In this document: in pieces, positions 1 to 9,946 of the stretch
How positions within the stretch are numbered: position 1 is the first letter of the stretch
Layout: each line of letters opens with the position of its first letter
NCBI GenBank assembly: GCA_022865305.1
Contig: JALHSP010000074.1
Location: 18,413-82,412, forward strand
Direction of reading: 5' to 3'
DNA from: Bacteroidales bacterium
GTDB taxonomy: Bacteria; Bacteroidota; Bacteroidia; Bacteroidales; VadinHA17
DNA: 64,000 nt
Position numbers and translations under genes: made by a program
The notes under the pieces: generated by a model
The model's database searches: none
Told to the model about the DNA's origin: nothing
The model's input: only the letters and a program-made list of their open reading frames with translations

Positions 1-2
1 TT

Positions 3-134
3 AACACAATCACAATAGATTATATTATTAAGCATTGCTCACAACACCTGGAGTTATTTAAAATTCCCAAGGTATTTGAGCTTGAAGATGACCTTACTAT
101 TAGTCCAACAGGGAAGAAGATCAAAAAAATTTAG
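3..134 (+). CDS. 3' end (C-terminal ~43 aa) of an AMP-dependent synthetase/ligase; gene starts upstream of the window
   Basis: Own translation of frame 3 gives ...HCSQHLELFKIPKVFELEDDLTISPTGKKIKKI*. This matches the usual adenylate-forming enzyme C-terminus (..YK.PK..E....LP.T.TGKI.K..). Stop TAG at 132-134. Confidence 0.45.
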   Translation, partial: NTITIDYIIKHCSQHLELFKIPKVFELEDDLTISPTGKKIKKI

Positions 135-372
135 TAAATAAGGTTGTATCTGGATTTTTAATTAACAGGTAGTTAGCTGGCACTAGTTTATTCGAACGAT
201 CTTTGACTTAATCTGGCAGTTTTCATGAGGATGTAGCTTTTTTCAAACTGAGATATTTGATTATACACTAGTTAAATTCCACTAATTCCTACATTATTTT
301 TTGCAATATATATAATTTTTATATAAATTTGATGTAAATGTAGTACTGTAGTATTAATTTAAATTTAAACCT

Positions 373-636
373 ATGAAAGTATCAGCATGGTTCTTAAAGG
401 CATTAAACTGGATTGCATGGATCTCTGCAGGAATGGGATCTTTATTTATCCTATTGGGAATAATCCAAATCCTTTTTGGAATATACCTAAAAATAGCAGG
501 AATAGAAAGGCCAGATGGTCCAAGGTTATTTGGATATTCGGAGATAGTAAATTTCTTTATTCTTTCAGCCAACTTCTTCATAATCATGATTGCTTCGAAT
601 ATGATACTATATAAATATCAAAACAACAAGGAATAG
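373..636 (+). CDS. small hypothetical membrane protein (87 aa, 2-3 hydrophobic helices)
   Basis: ORF track. Hydrophobic segments WIAWISAGMGSLFILLGIIQILFGIYL and IVNFFILSANFFIIMIASNMIL. No recognisable family. Confidence 0.3.
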   Translation: MKVSAWFLKALNWIAWISAGMGSLFILLGIIQILFGIYLKIAGIERPDGPRLFGYSEIVNFFILSANFFIIMIASNMILYKYQNNKE

Positions 637-773
637 AAAAGACCAGGACCTGTTTACCGATAAATCCTAATATTAATTTCCCTATCTGTTAATGGTGGCT
701 GCAGGTTCCCACTCAACCCATAGCTGATATCATTCCATATCTTAGGGATTTTCGGGAATAAGGACAAATTTCT

Positions 774-820
774 AAAATGAGTAAAATTCATTGTCTTGAG
801 TTTTACTCATTTTATTTTTA
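774..820 (+). terminator. stem-loop with T-rich tail (putative rho-independent terminator)
   Basis: aaaatgagtaaaa (774-786) pairs perfectly with ttttactcatttt (801-813). Loop is 14 nt, followed by attttta. Confidence 0.4.
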
Positions 821-1004
821 CAAAAAAGTGGAAAGAGAATGATATCTTTCTTTTTGCTTTGAGTATTGATTAAAGATTGCAGATGAATTGATATTGCTGA
901 AAATACAGGGAAAAAGTGTATCTTCCTTGTCAGAGCCTGGGGTATCGTTATTAATCAATTAATCATTAAATTTGTTGACAGATGCGGTGTCCTTTTGCCT
1001 CGAA

Positions 1005-2240
1005 TCAGAGTATAACTACTTTCTCAACGAATCTCTCTCTTCCATCTGATAGCAGTATAAAATAAATCCCTGAAGAAAGTGTTGAAATATCAAGAACCAG
1101 GACATCACTACTGACGTGTTTGCTTGAGATTAATGTCCCCTGTAGATTATATAAACTAACTGTTGCCAATGGCCAGGAATCTTCAAGTCTGATTCTGATC
1201 TCTTCTTTAGTTTTTTCAATTATTACCGATGGTGATGAATTTTCTTCTGTGCTATTTATCCCGGTAGCAGTACTACCATCCCATCCTGCAATCCGTGCCA
1301 ACATCCACCACATAGCCTTTGCAAGTCGTAATGCTCCAGTTGTTCCAATATGACCTACACTGGGAGAATCATCATTATCATTGTGTAATATAGGATAAGT
1401 ATGACCATTCCATGTAGTTGTATTTAATAACCCAGCATCATTATAACATAGAATATCGGCATAATCAAATAAAATTGTGGTCGGATGTGCATCCACATAA
1501 TCTCTTATCCTTTCATTTTTAAGAGAACCCTGATACCCACATTCTCCGGTATACATATCAACAGTTCCTGTTGTAAAGAATACTTTTGTTGGAATGCTAT
1601 TTGCAGTACAATAATCAATATATTCCTGTGTTGCATTTAAATATGAATCAAGATTTTGTGAGTTTCCTGTTTCTGCATAATCTGCTGCATCAAGACCCCA
1701 TGCTTTATCTCCCTCTGGACCATGTACTGATCTGCCATACCAATGCACTCCATAAACAGGATCAGCATTTGCAGTAGGAGAACCTTCTGTCATATCCCAG
1801 CACCAGCCATAACCAAATGCTCCTATAGTTAAACTGTTTGTATTACAATAAGATATTCCTGCTTTTGTCCTACTTAATGCTGTTGGATTATTATACCAAT
1901 CTCCCTCACCATATGCATATTGCCATCCCGTTGAATACCAATAACTACCCCATGTGGCACGACTCGCCCTTAAATGAGATGTAGTATATGCTTCAGGAGT
2001 ACCAGATTCAGTAACACTTACATCATAAGCAGGATATAATGATTCAAGCAATGTTAAACCAGTTCTTATTGCAGCTGAATGAGATTCACCAGCATAAGAA
2101 AGCCACATCTTTTTTATTTCTACAATATACTCTGCCGGTATATCATCAAACCTATCAACTACTCTGTGATCTGCTATTATCTGACCAAAATTAATAATTG
2201 AAAACTGGATTAAAATCAATAGTAAAATTACTCTTCGCAT
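1005..2240 (-). CDS. secreted protein of unknown function: ~300-aa enzyme-like domain plus T9SS (Por) C-terminal sorting domain; paralog of 8680-9696
   Basis: N-terminal signal peptide MRRVILLLILIQFSIINFGQ. C-terminal ~80 aa (..VSLYNLQGTLISS..LSSGIYFILLSDGRERFVEKVVIL) has the typical T9SS CTD pattern. The central domain is ~93% identical to the 8680-9696 product. Confidence 0.85.
   Translation of the reverse strand: MRRVILLLILIQFSIINFGQIIADHRVVDRFDDIPAEYIVEIKKMWLSYAGESHSAAIRTGLTLLESLYPAYDVSVTESGTPEAYTTSHLRASRATWGSYWYSTGWQYAYGEGDWYNNPTALSRTKAGISYCNTNSLTIGAFGYGWCWDMTEGSPTANADPVYGVHWYGRSVHGPEGDKAWGLDAADYAETGNSQNLDSYLNATQEYIDYCTANSIPTKVFFTTGTVDMYTGECGYQGSLKNERIRDYVDAHPTTILFDYADILCYNDAGLLNTTTWNGHTYPILHNDNDDSPSVGHIGTTGALRLAKAMWWMLARIAGWDGSTATGINSTEENSSPSVIIEKTKEEIRIRLEDSWPLATVSLYNLQGTLISSKHVSSDVLVLDISTLSSGIYFILLSDGRERFVEKVVIL
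1275..2180 (-). repeat. copy 1 of a ~906-bp direct repeat (paralogous coding segment)
   Basis: Colinear with 8686-9591 with no indels. Long stretches are nearly base-identical, e.g. 1600-1760 versus 9010-9170. Confidence 0.85.
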
Positions 2241-2812
2241 ACTTCTATGGTATTATATAAAATACAAATTAATACAAAAAATAAATATCTTCTTCAGAAT
2301 TATAGATGAGATCACTTTGACGAATGTCATAAAACTACTGATAAACTTTATTGATTTTAACAGATTTAACGGTTAATTACTAAAAATGTTACACTAATGA
2401 ATTCTTTTTTAATCTTTTAAAAACCGATTTGGTAATGTTAAAGGACTTGTCGAAGTTTGATATTAAGTTATGCATAGCAGAAGTATATTTGTGATATAAG
2501 TTACTTATATTAGACTGTATATCTGTATTTTGTATAACTTTCCCATTTTAATTATTAACTTTCTTATTCTTCTTCTACCTCACAAGATGTTATTTAATAA
2601 ATAAGTGCTCATAAATCGGCAACAACCAGCCTGCAATGTTTGAGCAGGATAAAAAAGTCGGTTATTCATGAATATTATAAGTATTTTGAGCCCAATCTAT
2701 TTTGGAATCTAAACCAATATTAATTAAATTTGCTATTTTTAAAATCAGTATCAACCGTTTAGATAGTTTTTCTGATAAAATTTATAATTACCTATATGTA
2801 AATTACATCATT

Positions 2813-3685
2813 ATGAAATCAAGGCTTACTTTTTTGATTGTATTATTAATGATAATCGCGTTTAATGCTTGCAAACAAAAAGAAACAACTTCTGATATGA
2901 ATATTATTTTCCTTCATCATAGTACCGGGGAAGTTATATGGAAAGGTTATTCAAATTCTTTGATCATAAAGGCTGTAAGGAGGATCAGCACCAAATTTGC
3001 TGATTTAATCAGTAAAAAAGCTCGTCTGCCTTTATTATTTGAAACATATAATAAAGAGCATAATAAAAATTACTTAATTAAAGAGTTGACATTTCCTAAA
3101 GGTACACCTTATGGCTGGAATAATTTCCCTTACGATTATTATAATATCTGGGTTAAAAATGCAGGAGATGAACCTTTTATGGAAGAACCTACTCTGGAAA
3201 TGCTTACAAAAGAATACCATGTGATTATTTTCAAACACTGTTTCCCGGTAAGCAATATTAAGGCAGATCCCGATTCTGCTGATATCAACTCAGATCTGAA
3301 AACAGTTTCTAACTATAAACTTCAATATACAGCCTTGAGAGATAAGCTTCATGAATTTCCTGATACAAAATTCATTTTATTCACCGGAGCTGTCCAGGTA
3401 AAGGCTAATATTAAGGAGGACGAAGCCAAAAGGGCAAAAGATTTTTTTAAATGGGTTATTGATGAATGGGATTTGCCCGGTGATAATGTTCATTTATGGG
3501 ACTTCTATAATCTTGAAACTGAAGGAGGTTTATACTTTAAGGATGAATATGCGGCATCAGCCAGTGATTCTCATCCGAATGGAGAATTTGCAAGCAAAGT
3601 AGTTAAGCTATTGTTTAACAGAATTATAGATATAGTAGAAAATAACGGAACCGGGACATATCTGACGGGTGAAGATAAGAGGTGA
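2813..3685 (+). CDS. hypothetical lipoprotein (weak SGNH/GDSL-like hints)
   Basis: The ORF track opens at TTG 2702. The ATG at 2813 gives a lipoprotein signal MKSRLTFLIVLLMIIAFNAC|KQ. FLHHSTG near the N-terminus and DSHPNGEFA near the C-terminus faintly resemble SGNH blocks I and V. Confidence 0.7.
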   Translation: MKSRLTFLIVLLMIIAFNACKQKETTSDMNIIFLHHSTGEVIWKGYSNSLIIKAVRRISTKFADLISKKARLPLLFETYNKEHNKNYLIKELTFPKGTPYGWNNFPYDYYNIWVKNAGDEPFMEEPTLEMLTKEYHVIIFKHCFPVSNIKADPDSADINSDLKTVSNYKLQYTALRDKLHEFPDTKFILFTGAVQVKANIKEDEAKRAKDFFKWVIDEWDLPGDNVHLWDFYNLETEGGLYFKDEYAASASDSHPNGEFASKVVKLLFNRIIDIVENNGTGTYLTGEDKR

Positions 3686-3731
3686 GTTATATCTGGCAAC
3701 ACCTTACCCCATTTTAAGATATAATAGATAA

Positions 3732-3760
3732 AATAGTTGGTAGAATTTACACCAACTATT
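3732..3760 (+). terminator. 10-bp perfect hairpin downstream of the lipoprotein gene
   Basis: aatagttggt (3732-3741) pairs with accaactatt (3751-3760). There is no strong T tail. Confidence 0.3.
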
Positions 3761-3823
3761 GAATTAATGGGAGATTTAGAAAAGTAAATATAAAACGGTT
3801 TATATTTCGATTTAAATTAGGAT

Positions 3824-5545
3824 AAAGAGGCCGTCTCAAAACACAATTGAGGCGGCTTCTTAATTTTGAATTAGTTAAGCCTTTTTTCATTACTCGTGTT
3901 TTTCTGAGGATTCTTTTATGTTTTTAAGTAACAACAAGGATTTCTTGCTAATTCCTTACAGCAATTTTGCTCAATTTATGTGATAAAGCCAGTAAACCTG
4001 CTTCTATTTCTACCTTTTCAAGGCCTCGGAGCAAAAATCTCCTATAGCTTTTATTGCCTTTTATAATTCCAAAAACAGCTTCCACATCAACCGGTCGCTG
4101 GCTTCTATATTTTCTGCCTCGCTCGCTGCTTAGCCTCTCACGAATGATCGATTTATATCGGTTTAAGCTATGGTTTATTTCTATTCTTCTGTTACCCTTA
4201 CCCTTATTACAAGTTTCTTTCATTGGGCAATCATAACAGTTTTGTGCCTGATAAAGTCGATTTATTTGCTTATATCCATTATCAGTAATCCTTATTTGTT
4301 CTTTAATAAAGGGCATCTGTTGTCCCATAGGACAGATGTAATAATCATAATCCTCATAATATTGTAAATTCTCTGTTCTGTACGGATCTGTTTTCCATTT
4401 GGTGGTTTGTTCTTTATGGAAGTAACTATACTTTACAAAAGCCTCAACATCATTATTTTCTAGGTATTCATAATTTTCTAACGAACCGTATCCGGCATCA
4501 GCCACAAGGGTATCAGGCATCTTTCCAAGACTCTCTTTTAGAGATTCCATGTGGGTTTTAAGTGTAGTAGTGTCATTGGTAGTTTGATGGATGGTATACC
4601 CTGAAATGAACTGATTCTCTGTACTGATCTGCCAGTTGTATCCTGGTTTTAACTGGCCATTGAGTATATGGTCTTCTTTCATTCTCATGAAAGTGGCATC
4701 CGGATCTGTTTTTGAATAACTGTTACGATTACCCAGTGTTTTTTCCTGTTCTTAATATTTTTTAAGATTTTCAGGCCAGTTCTTTCGTGCATAGTCAAGC
4801 TTCTGTTTTACTTTCTTATTTACCGGCTTGCCTTTAAGCGCTTTATCGATACTTTCTATTGTTCGAATGATTGATTCCTGATCGATCATTTCAAAACTAT
4901 CAGGCTCATTATTCTCAAGCTCTTCCCTGGCTACTGTTTCTGCATAGGCCCATACTTCCTTAAGCTGTCTCTTTATCCACTCCTTGCTTTTTGTTATACT
5001 GCGCCCCCATACAAAAGTATAACGGTTGGCATTGGCTTCGATTTTCGTGCCATCAAGATAGGCCTCCTTCAATGTTATTATCCCTTTCTCAACTAGTAAT
5101 AAAACAACCTGACTGAATACCTCCTTAAGAACACCTTTCAACCTTTCACTCCTGAAGCGGTTTATTGTATTATGATCCGGGTAACTCATCCCGCTTAACC
5201 ACATAAAATGTACGTTCTGTGTTATTGCCTGCTCTATCTTCCTGCTCGAGTAGAGATTGGTTAAGTAACCATATACAAGTACCTTAAGCATAAGCCGGGG
5301 ATGATAACTCGAACATCCTCCTCCATTATACCTCTTTATTAATAAATCTATATCAAGACTGTCAATAATCTGATTTACAACTCTAACTGGATGGTTGGGA
5401 CTAAAGTCTTTAAAGACTATCTTTGTTTTATGTGTTTGCATACCTCAAGTTAAATTAACCTGAGGTCTTTGAGGGGGGAGGCATCCCCTCTCTTTCTGCC
5501 AGTTATCAACAATAAAAGAAGGTGCCCTTTTTAGACACCCTCTTT
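3824..5545 (-). mobile_element. IS1182-family insertion sequence (~1.72 kb) with imperfect terminal inverted repeats
   Basis: Left end AAAGAGGCCGTCTCAAAA (3824-3841) matches the reverse complement of the right end AAAGAGGGTGTCTAAAAA (5528-5545) at 15/18. It encloses the transposase reading frame. Target-site duplication cannot be read because the flanks are A/T runs. Confidence 0.6.
3948..5441 (-). pseudogene. IS1182-family DDE transposase interrupted by one in-frame TAA (4752-4754)
   Basis: ORFs 4752-5441 and 3948-4688 are in the same frame. Reading through the TAA gives ..ENLKKY*EQEKTLGNRNSYSKTDPDATFMRMKEDH.., which restores the family motif KTDPDATFM. The N-terminal DUF772-like part reads SYHPRLMLKVLVYGY. 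The C-terminal part reads GRKYRSQRPVDVEAVFGIIKGN. Confidence 0.8.
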
Positions 5546-5814
5546 TTTTATTTACAATTTGCACATAATTTGCTAACATATCTATTGCTTGATATACTCT
5601 GAAATACAATCATATACTATAATGTTGCTGGTGTTAATAAATATTCTCAACTTACTACAAAGACAATTTGAAACTAACATCCGAAATCATTGATCAGATA
5701 AAAGGCGTTGCTTGTCAAAAACTGACCAAAACTGGTCAATATCAATTAAGAAGTAATATTTTTTAACATATCTTTCATCCGAAATTTAAAGTAAAAACTA
5801 AAATTGCTATAAAG

Positions 5815-6753
5815 ATGAAAAAGTTGAATTTTTTATTTGCATCCTTGTTTATGGTTGCTTCATTGGTGTCGTGTAAAAAGGATAATATGGAACAAGGTGT
5901 GTTAATGTCGGGGCAAAATGATTTTTCCACTTTTGCTGCCGCTATTATTAATAATGAAAGCTCACCTATTTCTGATGGATTAATTACACCTGTAATTATT
6001 TCCGGTGCAAACAGAGGCGGTAACAGAACCTGTGCAGAAGTTGCAGAAGCATTTAATACTTCTTTTGATCTCTGTGGCGACAAGCTTAGCTATGGGGATT
6101 TTGATTTAGATGGTGATTATGAATTTAGTGGAGCATTTCCTGTTGGACTTGATGTAACAATAACAGATGGCAAATTTGTTTCTTTTACAATGAGTAATAC
6201 CGGAGCAACTTGTTACAAAATAGGCGCTGTTATTGTCCATGGGGGCAATAAGGCAAATATATATTTTTATGCAAATGGCACACTGAGTGATGGCGGTCTG
6301 GCGGCTCCATTAAATTCCAGTAATACACCAGCTGGTCTCAGCAACCTGACTTTCTGTTTTGTTGAGTGTGAAAACAATTTAGTTATAGCTGTCAAATCTT
6401 GGTACTGGGAATCTGGAGCCTATCCAGGTGGATTAACTAAATATGGTGATAGTGAAGGAACATCTGCATTTCCACAAAGTTCGTCATGGTGTTTTAAACT
6501 TGGATATAATAACTATCCAGGTTCCGCTTTTAACATTGTGAGTGGCGGGACGATTGTCGCAAATGTTACTTATAGTGGTGGTCAAATAATAGTTACTGCA
6601 GTAGGAGGTCGTACTCTGGATAAAACTTATATTTACATAGGCACTTTAGAAGGTTTGCAGAATGATAACCTGAGTAGTGGAGGTTGTCCGGTTTATACTA
6701 ATTGGACTATGAACGATGCGGATGGAGTCATTCAAACTTTTCTAGCACCTTGA
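5815..6753 (+). CDS. hypothetical lipoprotein
   Basis: Signal plus lipobox MKKLNFLFASLFMVASLVSC|KKD. Gly/Ser/Thr-rich with predicted beta-rich character. No family recognised. Confidence 0.75.
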   Translation: MKKLNFLFASLFMVASLVSCKKDNMEQGVLMSGQNDFSTFAAAIINNESSPISDGLITPVIISGANRGGNRTCAEVAEAFNTSFDLCGDKLSYGDFDLDGDYEFSGAFPVGLDVTITDGKFVSFTMSNTGATCYKIGAVIVHGGNKANIYFYANGTLSDGGLAAPLNSSNTPAGLSNLTFCFVECENNLVIAVKSWYWESGAYPGGLTKYGDSEGTSAFPQSSSWCFKLGYNNYPGSAFNIVSGGTIVANVTYSGGQIIVTAVGGRTLDKTYIYIGTLEGLQNDNLSSGGCPVYTNWTMNDADGVIQTFLAP

Positions 6754-6804
6754 CTATTTGATTAATAAATTAATTGTTGATTAAATTAGTTTCCTAGTTA
6801 GCCT

Positions 6805-6845
6805 AAGAGGAATTGCCAGAAAGCAATTCCTCTTCTTTATTTATT
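6805..6845 (+). terminator. rho-independent terminator of 5815-6753
   Basis: aagaggaattgc (6805-6816) pairs perfectly with gcaattcctctt (6823-6834). Loop is 6 nt, followed by ctttatttatt. Confidence 0.6.
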
Positions 6846-7120
6846 AAACTCCCCAATGTTTTTAAAATCAATATTTTTCAATTTTTTTTTAAAACCTCAA
6901 TATTCAATGCCAATTTTTTAAAATAAATAAAGCCCCCGGAGCTAATCTCTGAGGGCTGGCAATAAGCCATTTGAATTCTTAAATGAAATGAAGATCCTAT
7001 CCTCTCAAGAAGAAACGTGGAATGCACACGTGGGGATTCAAAAATTAATAAAAGAACTATAAATAATAAAAGAATGGCAAATAAAAATTGTAAAATTACG
7101 AAATCGTAATAGGATTCAAT

Positions 7121-7948
7121 ATGGTCATAATCATTCAATGTAGAGACCGCGTGGGTCTGGTTGCAGCTATAACATCAGTTTTGGCAAAAGCTGACTTTAA
7201 TATTGTTTCCATGAGGGAATATGTAGATTTGGAAGAGAATAAATTTTTTGCCAGGATCGTAGTGGACGATATTGGATATCTGCAAAATATTGAGATGGCA
7301 ATAACAAAAGTATTACCTCCCGATGCCGTCGTTAAAGTAAATCCTTTGCCTGAGAAAAAAATAGTTGTTTTGGTTACAAAAGAATATCATTGCTTAAGCG
7401 ATATCCTAACACGAAATCATTTCAAGACCCTTGGAGCTAATGTTCAATGCGTTATTGGCAATCATCCTGATTTGAAGAATATTACTGAACTATTTAGTAT
7501 CCCATTTCATTTAGTTTCACATGAGAATAAAAGCAAAGAAAACTTTGAAGCTGAATTGACGAACATAATTCTTCCGTATAAACCAGATTATTTGATTTTA
7601 GCCAAGTTTATGCGTATCCTGTCACCGGAATTTATTACGTCTTTCAAATTAAAAATTATTAATATTCATCATTCATTTTTACCTGCCTTTATTGGGGCTT
7701 ACCCTTACAGGCAAGCACTGAAACGTGGAGTGAAAATAATAGGTGCAACGGCTCATTTCGTAACTAACGATTTGGACGAAGGACCAATTATTACCCAAAA
7801 AGTTATTCCGGTAAATCATTCGTTCACACTGATAGATCTTATAAAAGCAGGCAGAGAAAATGAAACTGCTACACTTGCCAAAGCCATGCAATTGGTTTTT
7901 GAAGACAGAGTATTTGTTTTTAATAATAAAACTGTTGTGTTCGAATAA
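7121..7948 (+). CDS. purU: formyltetrahydrofolate deformylase
   Basis: N-terminal ACT-like domain (IIQCRDRVGLVAAITSVLAKADFNIVS) plus a formyltransferase core with IINIHHSFLPAFIGAYPYRQA and GATAHFVTNDLDEGPIITQ. Confidence 0.9.
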   Translation: MVIIIQCRDRVGLVAAITSVLAKADFNIVSMREYVDLEENKFFARIVVDDIGYLQNIEMAITKVLPPDAVVKVNPLPEKKIVVLVTKEYHCLSDILTRNHFKTLGANVQCVIGNHPDLKNITELFSIPFHLVSHENKSKENFEAELTNIILPYKPDYLILAKFMRILSPEFITSFKLKIINIHHSFLPAFIGAYPYRQALKRGVKIIGATAHFVTNDLDEGPIITQKVIPVNHSFTLIDLIKAGRENETATLAKAMQLVFEDRVFVFNNKTVVFE

Positions 7949-8679
7949 GTTAGCCCTTTTGGAGATTATTCGGTTCTTCGCTCTCCATGGAGCTGAGGTT
8001 AACTAAGAACCGGAATTCCGCATTTACTGGGAAACTCGACGAAGTCAAAATCAATGAATTCATGTGCATGATTCATGATACTAGCGTTAATAATTTGTCT
8101 CGGCTAATAAAGTGTCTTTATCTTGAACCATACTTCCATCACATCTGTCACATCATAACAAACGATGGTGTGGTCACTATATCAATGATATATATATGTC
8201 TTAAAAAGGTTTTAGGATCAGGCAGAAAAGCTGTCAAGTGAGAAAGTTATGACACCTAGCTAAATACTGTTTTATACCCAGTTTTATAACAGCTTACCCT
8301 ATTAAGGTTTCGACTTAGTTCGCATTTCTACCAAAATTAAACCTTAGTGATATTTAAACAATTTTATTCTGGCCTTTCTAAAGTACAAGATAAGATACTT
8401 GTATATCTAATTTACTGATAGATATATAGTTAAATCATAGGGTAATTATAGTAGATGTCATAATTGCTTGTTTATAAGTGTTGTATGACACTTTAGACTA
8501 CAGACGATAGTAGATATGTAAGCCAAACAGAGGAAAGAATATGCATCAGACCGAAGGCTTACCCTAATTTTAGTAACCTAAGATTGTTTTCAGACTTTAT
8601 CCTCAGATTTGATACAGATTATAAAATATCACAAATAAAGCACCCAAATGGGGATGTATATTAACGTCTTTTTCAGAAG

Positions 8680-9696
8680 TTAATTTCCATCCCATCCTGC
8701 AATTCGTGCCAGCATCCACCACATAGCTTTTGCCAATCTCAATGCTCCAGTCTGCCCTATATGACCAACACTTGGAGCATCATTATTATTAGGATGTAAT
8801 ATAGGATAAGTATGGCCATTCCATGTTGTTGTTTGTACTGATCCTGCATCATTATAACATAAAATATCAGCGTAGTCAAAAAGTATTGTATTTGGATGAG
8901 CATCTACATAATCCCTTATTCTCTCATTTTTTAGATAACCCTGATACCCACATTCCCCGGTATACATATCAACTGTACCTGTTGTAAGAAATACTTTTGT
9001 GGGGATACTATTTGCAGTACAATAATCAATATATTCCTGTGTTGCATTTAAATATGAATCAAGATTTTGTGAGTTTCCTGTTTCTGCATAATCTGCTGCA
9101 TCAAGACCCCATGCCTTATCTCCTTCCGGACCATGTACTGATCTGCCGTACCAATGCACTCCATAAACAGGATCAGCATTTGCAGTAGGAGAACCTTCTG
9201 TCATATCCCAGCACCATCCATAACCAAATGCTCCTATAGTTAAACTGTTTGCATAACAATAAGATATTCCAGCTTTTGTCCTGCTTAATGCTGTTGCATT
9301 GTTATACCAATCTCCCTCACCATATCCATATTGCCATCCTGTTGAATACCAATAACTACCCCATGTGGCACGACTTGCCCTTAAATGAGATGTAGTATAT
9401 GCTTCAGGAGTACCAGATTCAGTAACGCTAACATCATAAGCCGGGTATAATGATTCAAGCAATGTCAAACCAGTTCTTATAGCTGCTGAATGTGATTCAC
9501 CAGCGTACACAAGCCACATTTTCTTGATTTCATCTATATAATATTGCGGAATATCATCAAACCTCTCAACCACTGTGTGATCAGCGATGATCTGTGTCCC
9601 AGGAAGAGTCACTTCTTCTTTTTCTTTCTTGCATGAATGTAAAATTACTGGAAGTATGAGGAAAACTAATCCTGTGAAACTGATGAGATTTTTCAT
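8680..9696 (-). CDS. lipoprotein paralog of 1005-2240, same enzyme-like domain but no T9SS C-terminal domain
   Basis: Lipobox ..VILHSC|KKEKEE. Residues 36-337 are colinear with and ~93% identical to residues 21-322 of the 1005-2240 product. The protein ends right after ..IAGWDGN. Confidence 0.85.
   Translation of the reverse strand: MKNLISFTGLVFLILPVILHSCKKEKEEVTLPGTQIIADHTVVERFDDIPQYYIDEIKKMWLVYAGESHSAAIRTGLTLLESLYPAYDVSVTESGTPEAYTTSHLRASRATWGSYWYSTGWQYGYGEGDWYNNATALSRTKAGISYCYANSLTIGAFGYGWCWDMTEGSPTANADPVYGVHWYGRSVHGPEGDKAWGLDAADYAETGNSQNLDSYLNATQEYIDYCTANSIPTKVFLTTGTVDMYTGECGYQGYLKNERIRDYVDAHPNTILFDYADILCYNDAGSVQTTTWNGHTYPILHPNNNDAPSVGHIGQTGALRLAKAMWWMLARIAGWDGN
8686..9591 (-). repeat. 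copy 2 of the ~906-bp direct repeat
   Basis: See 1275-2180. Confidence 0.85.
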
Positions 9697-9946
9697 TCCA
9701 AATAATCTTAATATTACTTTCGATAGATAAAGTGAATTTCGAATTTAATTTATTAACGAAGAAACCAAACTTTTATTGTTCACTTACTTAGCTTTAGGAT
9801 TGGCATAATTTATTATCTTAGCTTTTTCCACCGGACCAGTAGATTTCTGCCCTTAGCGTGAGGTACCCCCCTGGCGTGGATGCTGAGGTGTTTTTTAACA
9901 TGGAGGTTCCTAATAGAAATGCCGGAGGTTTTGCGTCTACGAATGA

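Noticed and set aside
354-614. Alternative ORFs 354-587 (-) and 387-614 (+) overlapping 373-636
   Set aside because: They are mutually exclusive with the 373-636 frame, which is the only one showing membrane-helix character. Even that call has low confidence.
6846-7120. Possible riboswitch (e.g. ZTP/pfl or THF) in the 270-nt leader of purU, and ORF 6878-7138 on the minus strand
   Set aside because: I could not find the conserved ZTP cores (GGGUCGUGAC.. / ..CCGCCUGGGC) or any other motif I recognise. The minus-strand ORF is low-complexity and overlaps the purU start. A covariance-model scan (Rfam) would be needed to settle it.
7987-8241. 84-aa plus-strand ORF after purU
   Set aside because: No recognisable family, signal sequence or coupling to neighbours. 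It lies in a ~700-nt non-coding stretch. I did not call it because the evidence is too weak.
9781-9946. Locally GC-richer patch (..ccaccggaccagtag..gcgtgaggtacccccctggcgtggatgctgaggtg..ggaggttcctaatagaaatgccggaggtttt) considered as a tRNA fragment, att site or degenerate zipper arm
   Set aside because: There is no cloverleaf and no clear complementary partner. Only hints of 7/14-nt spacing (ggaggtt ... cggaggt). This is not enough to support a feature.
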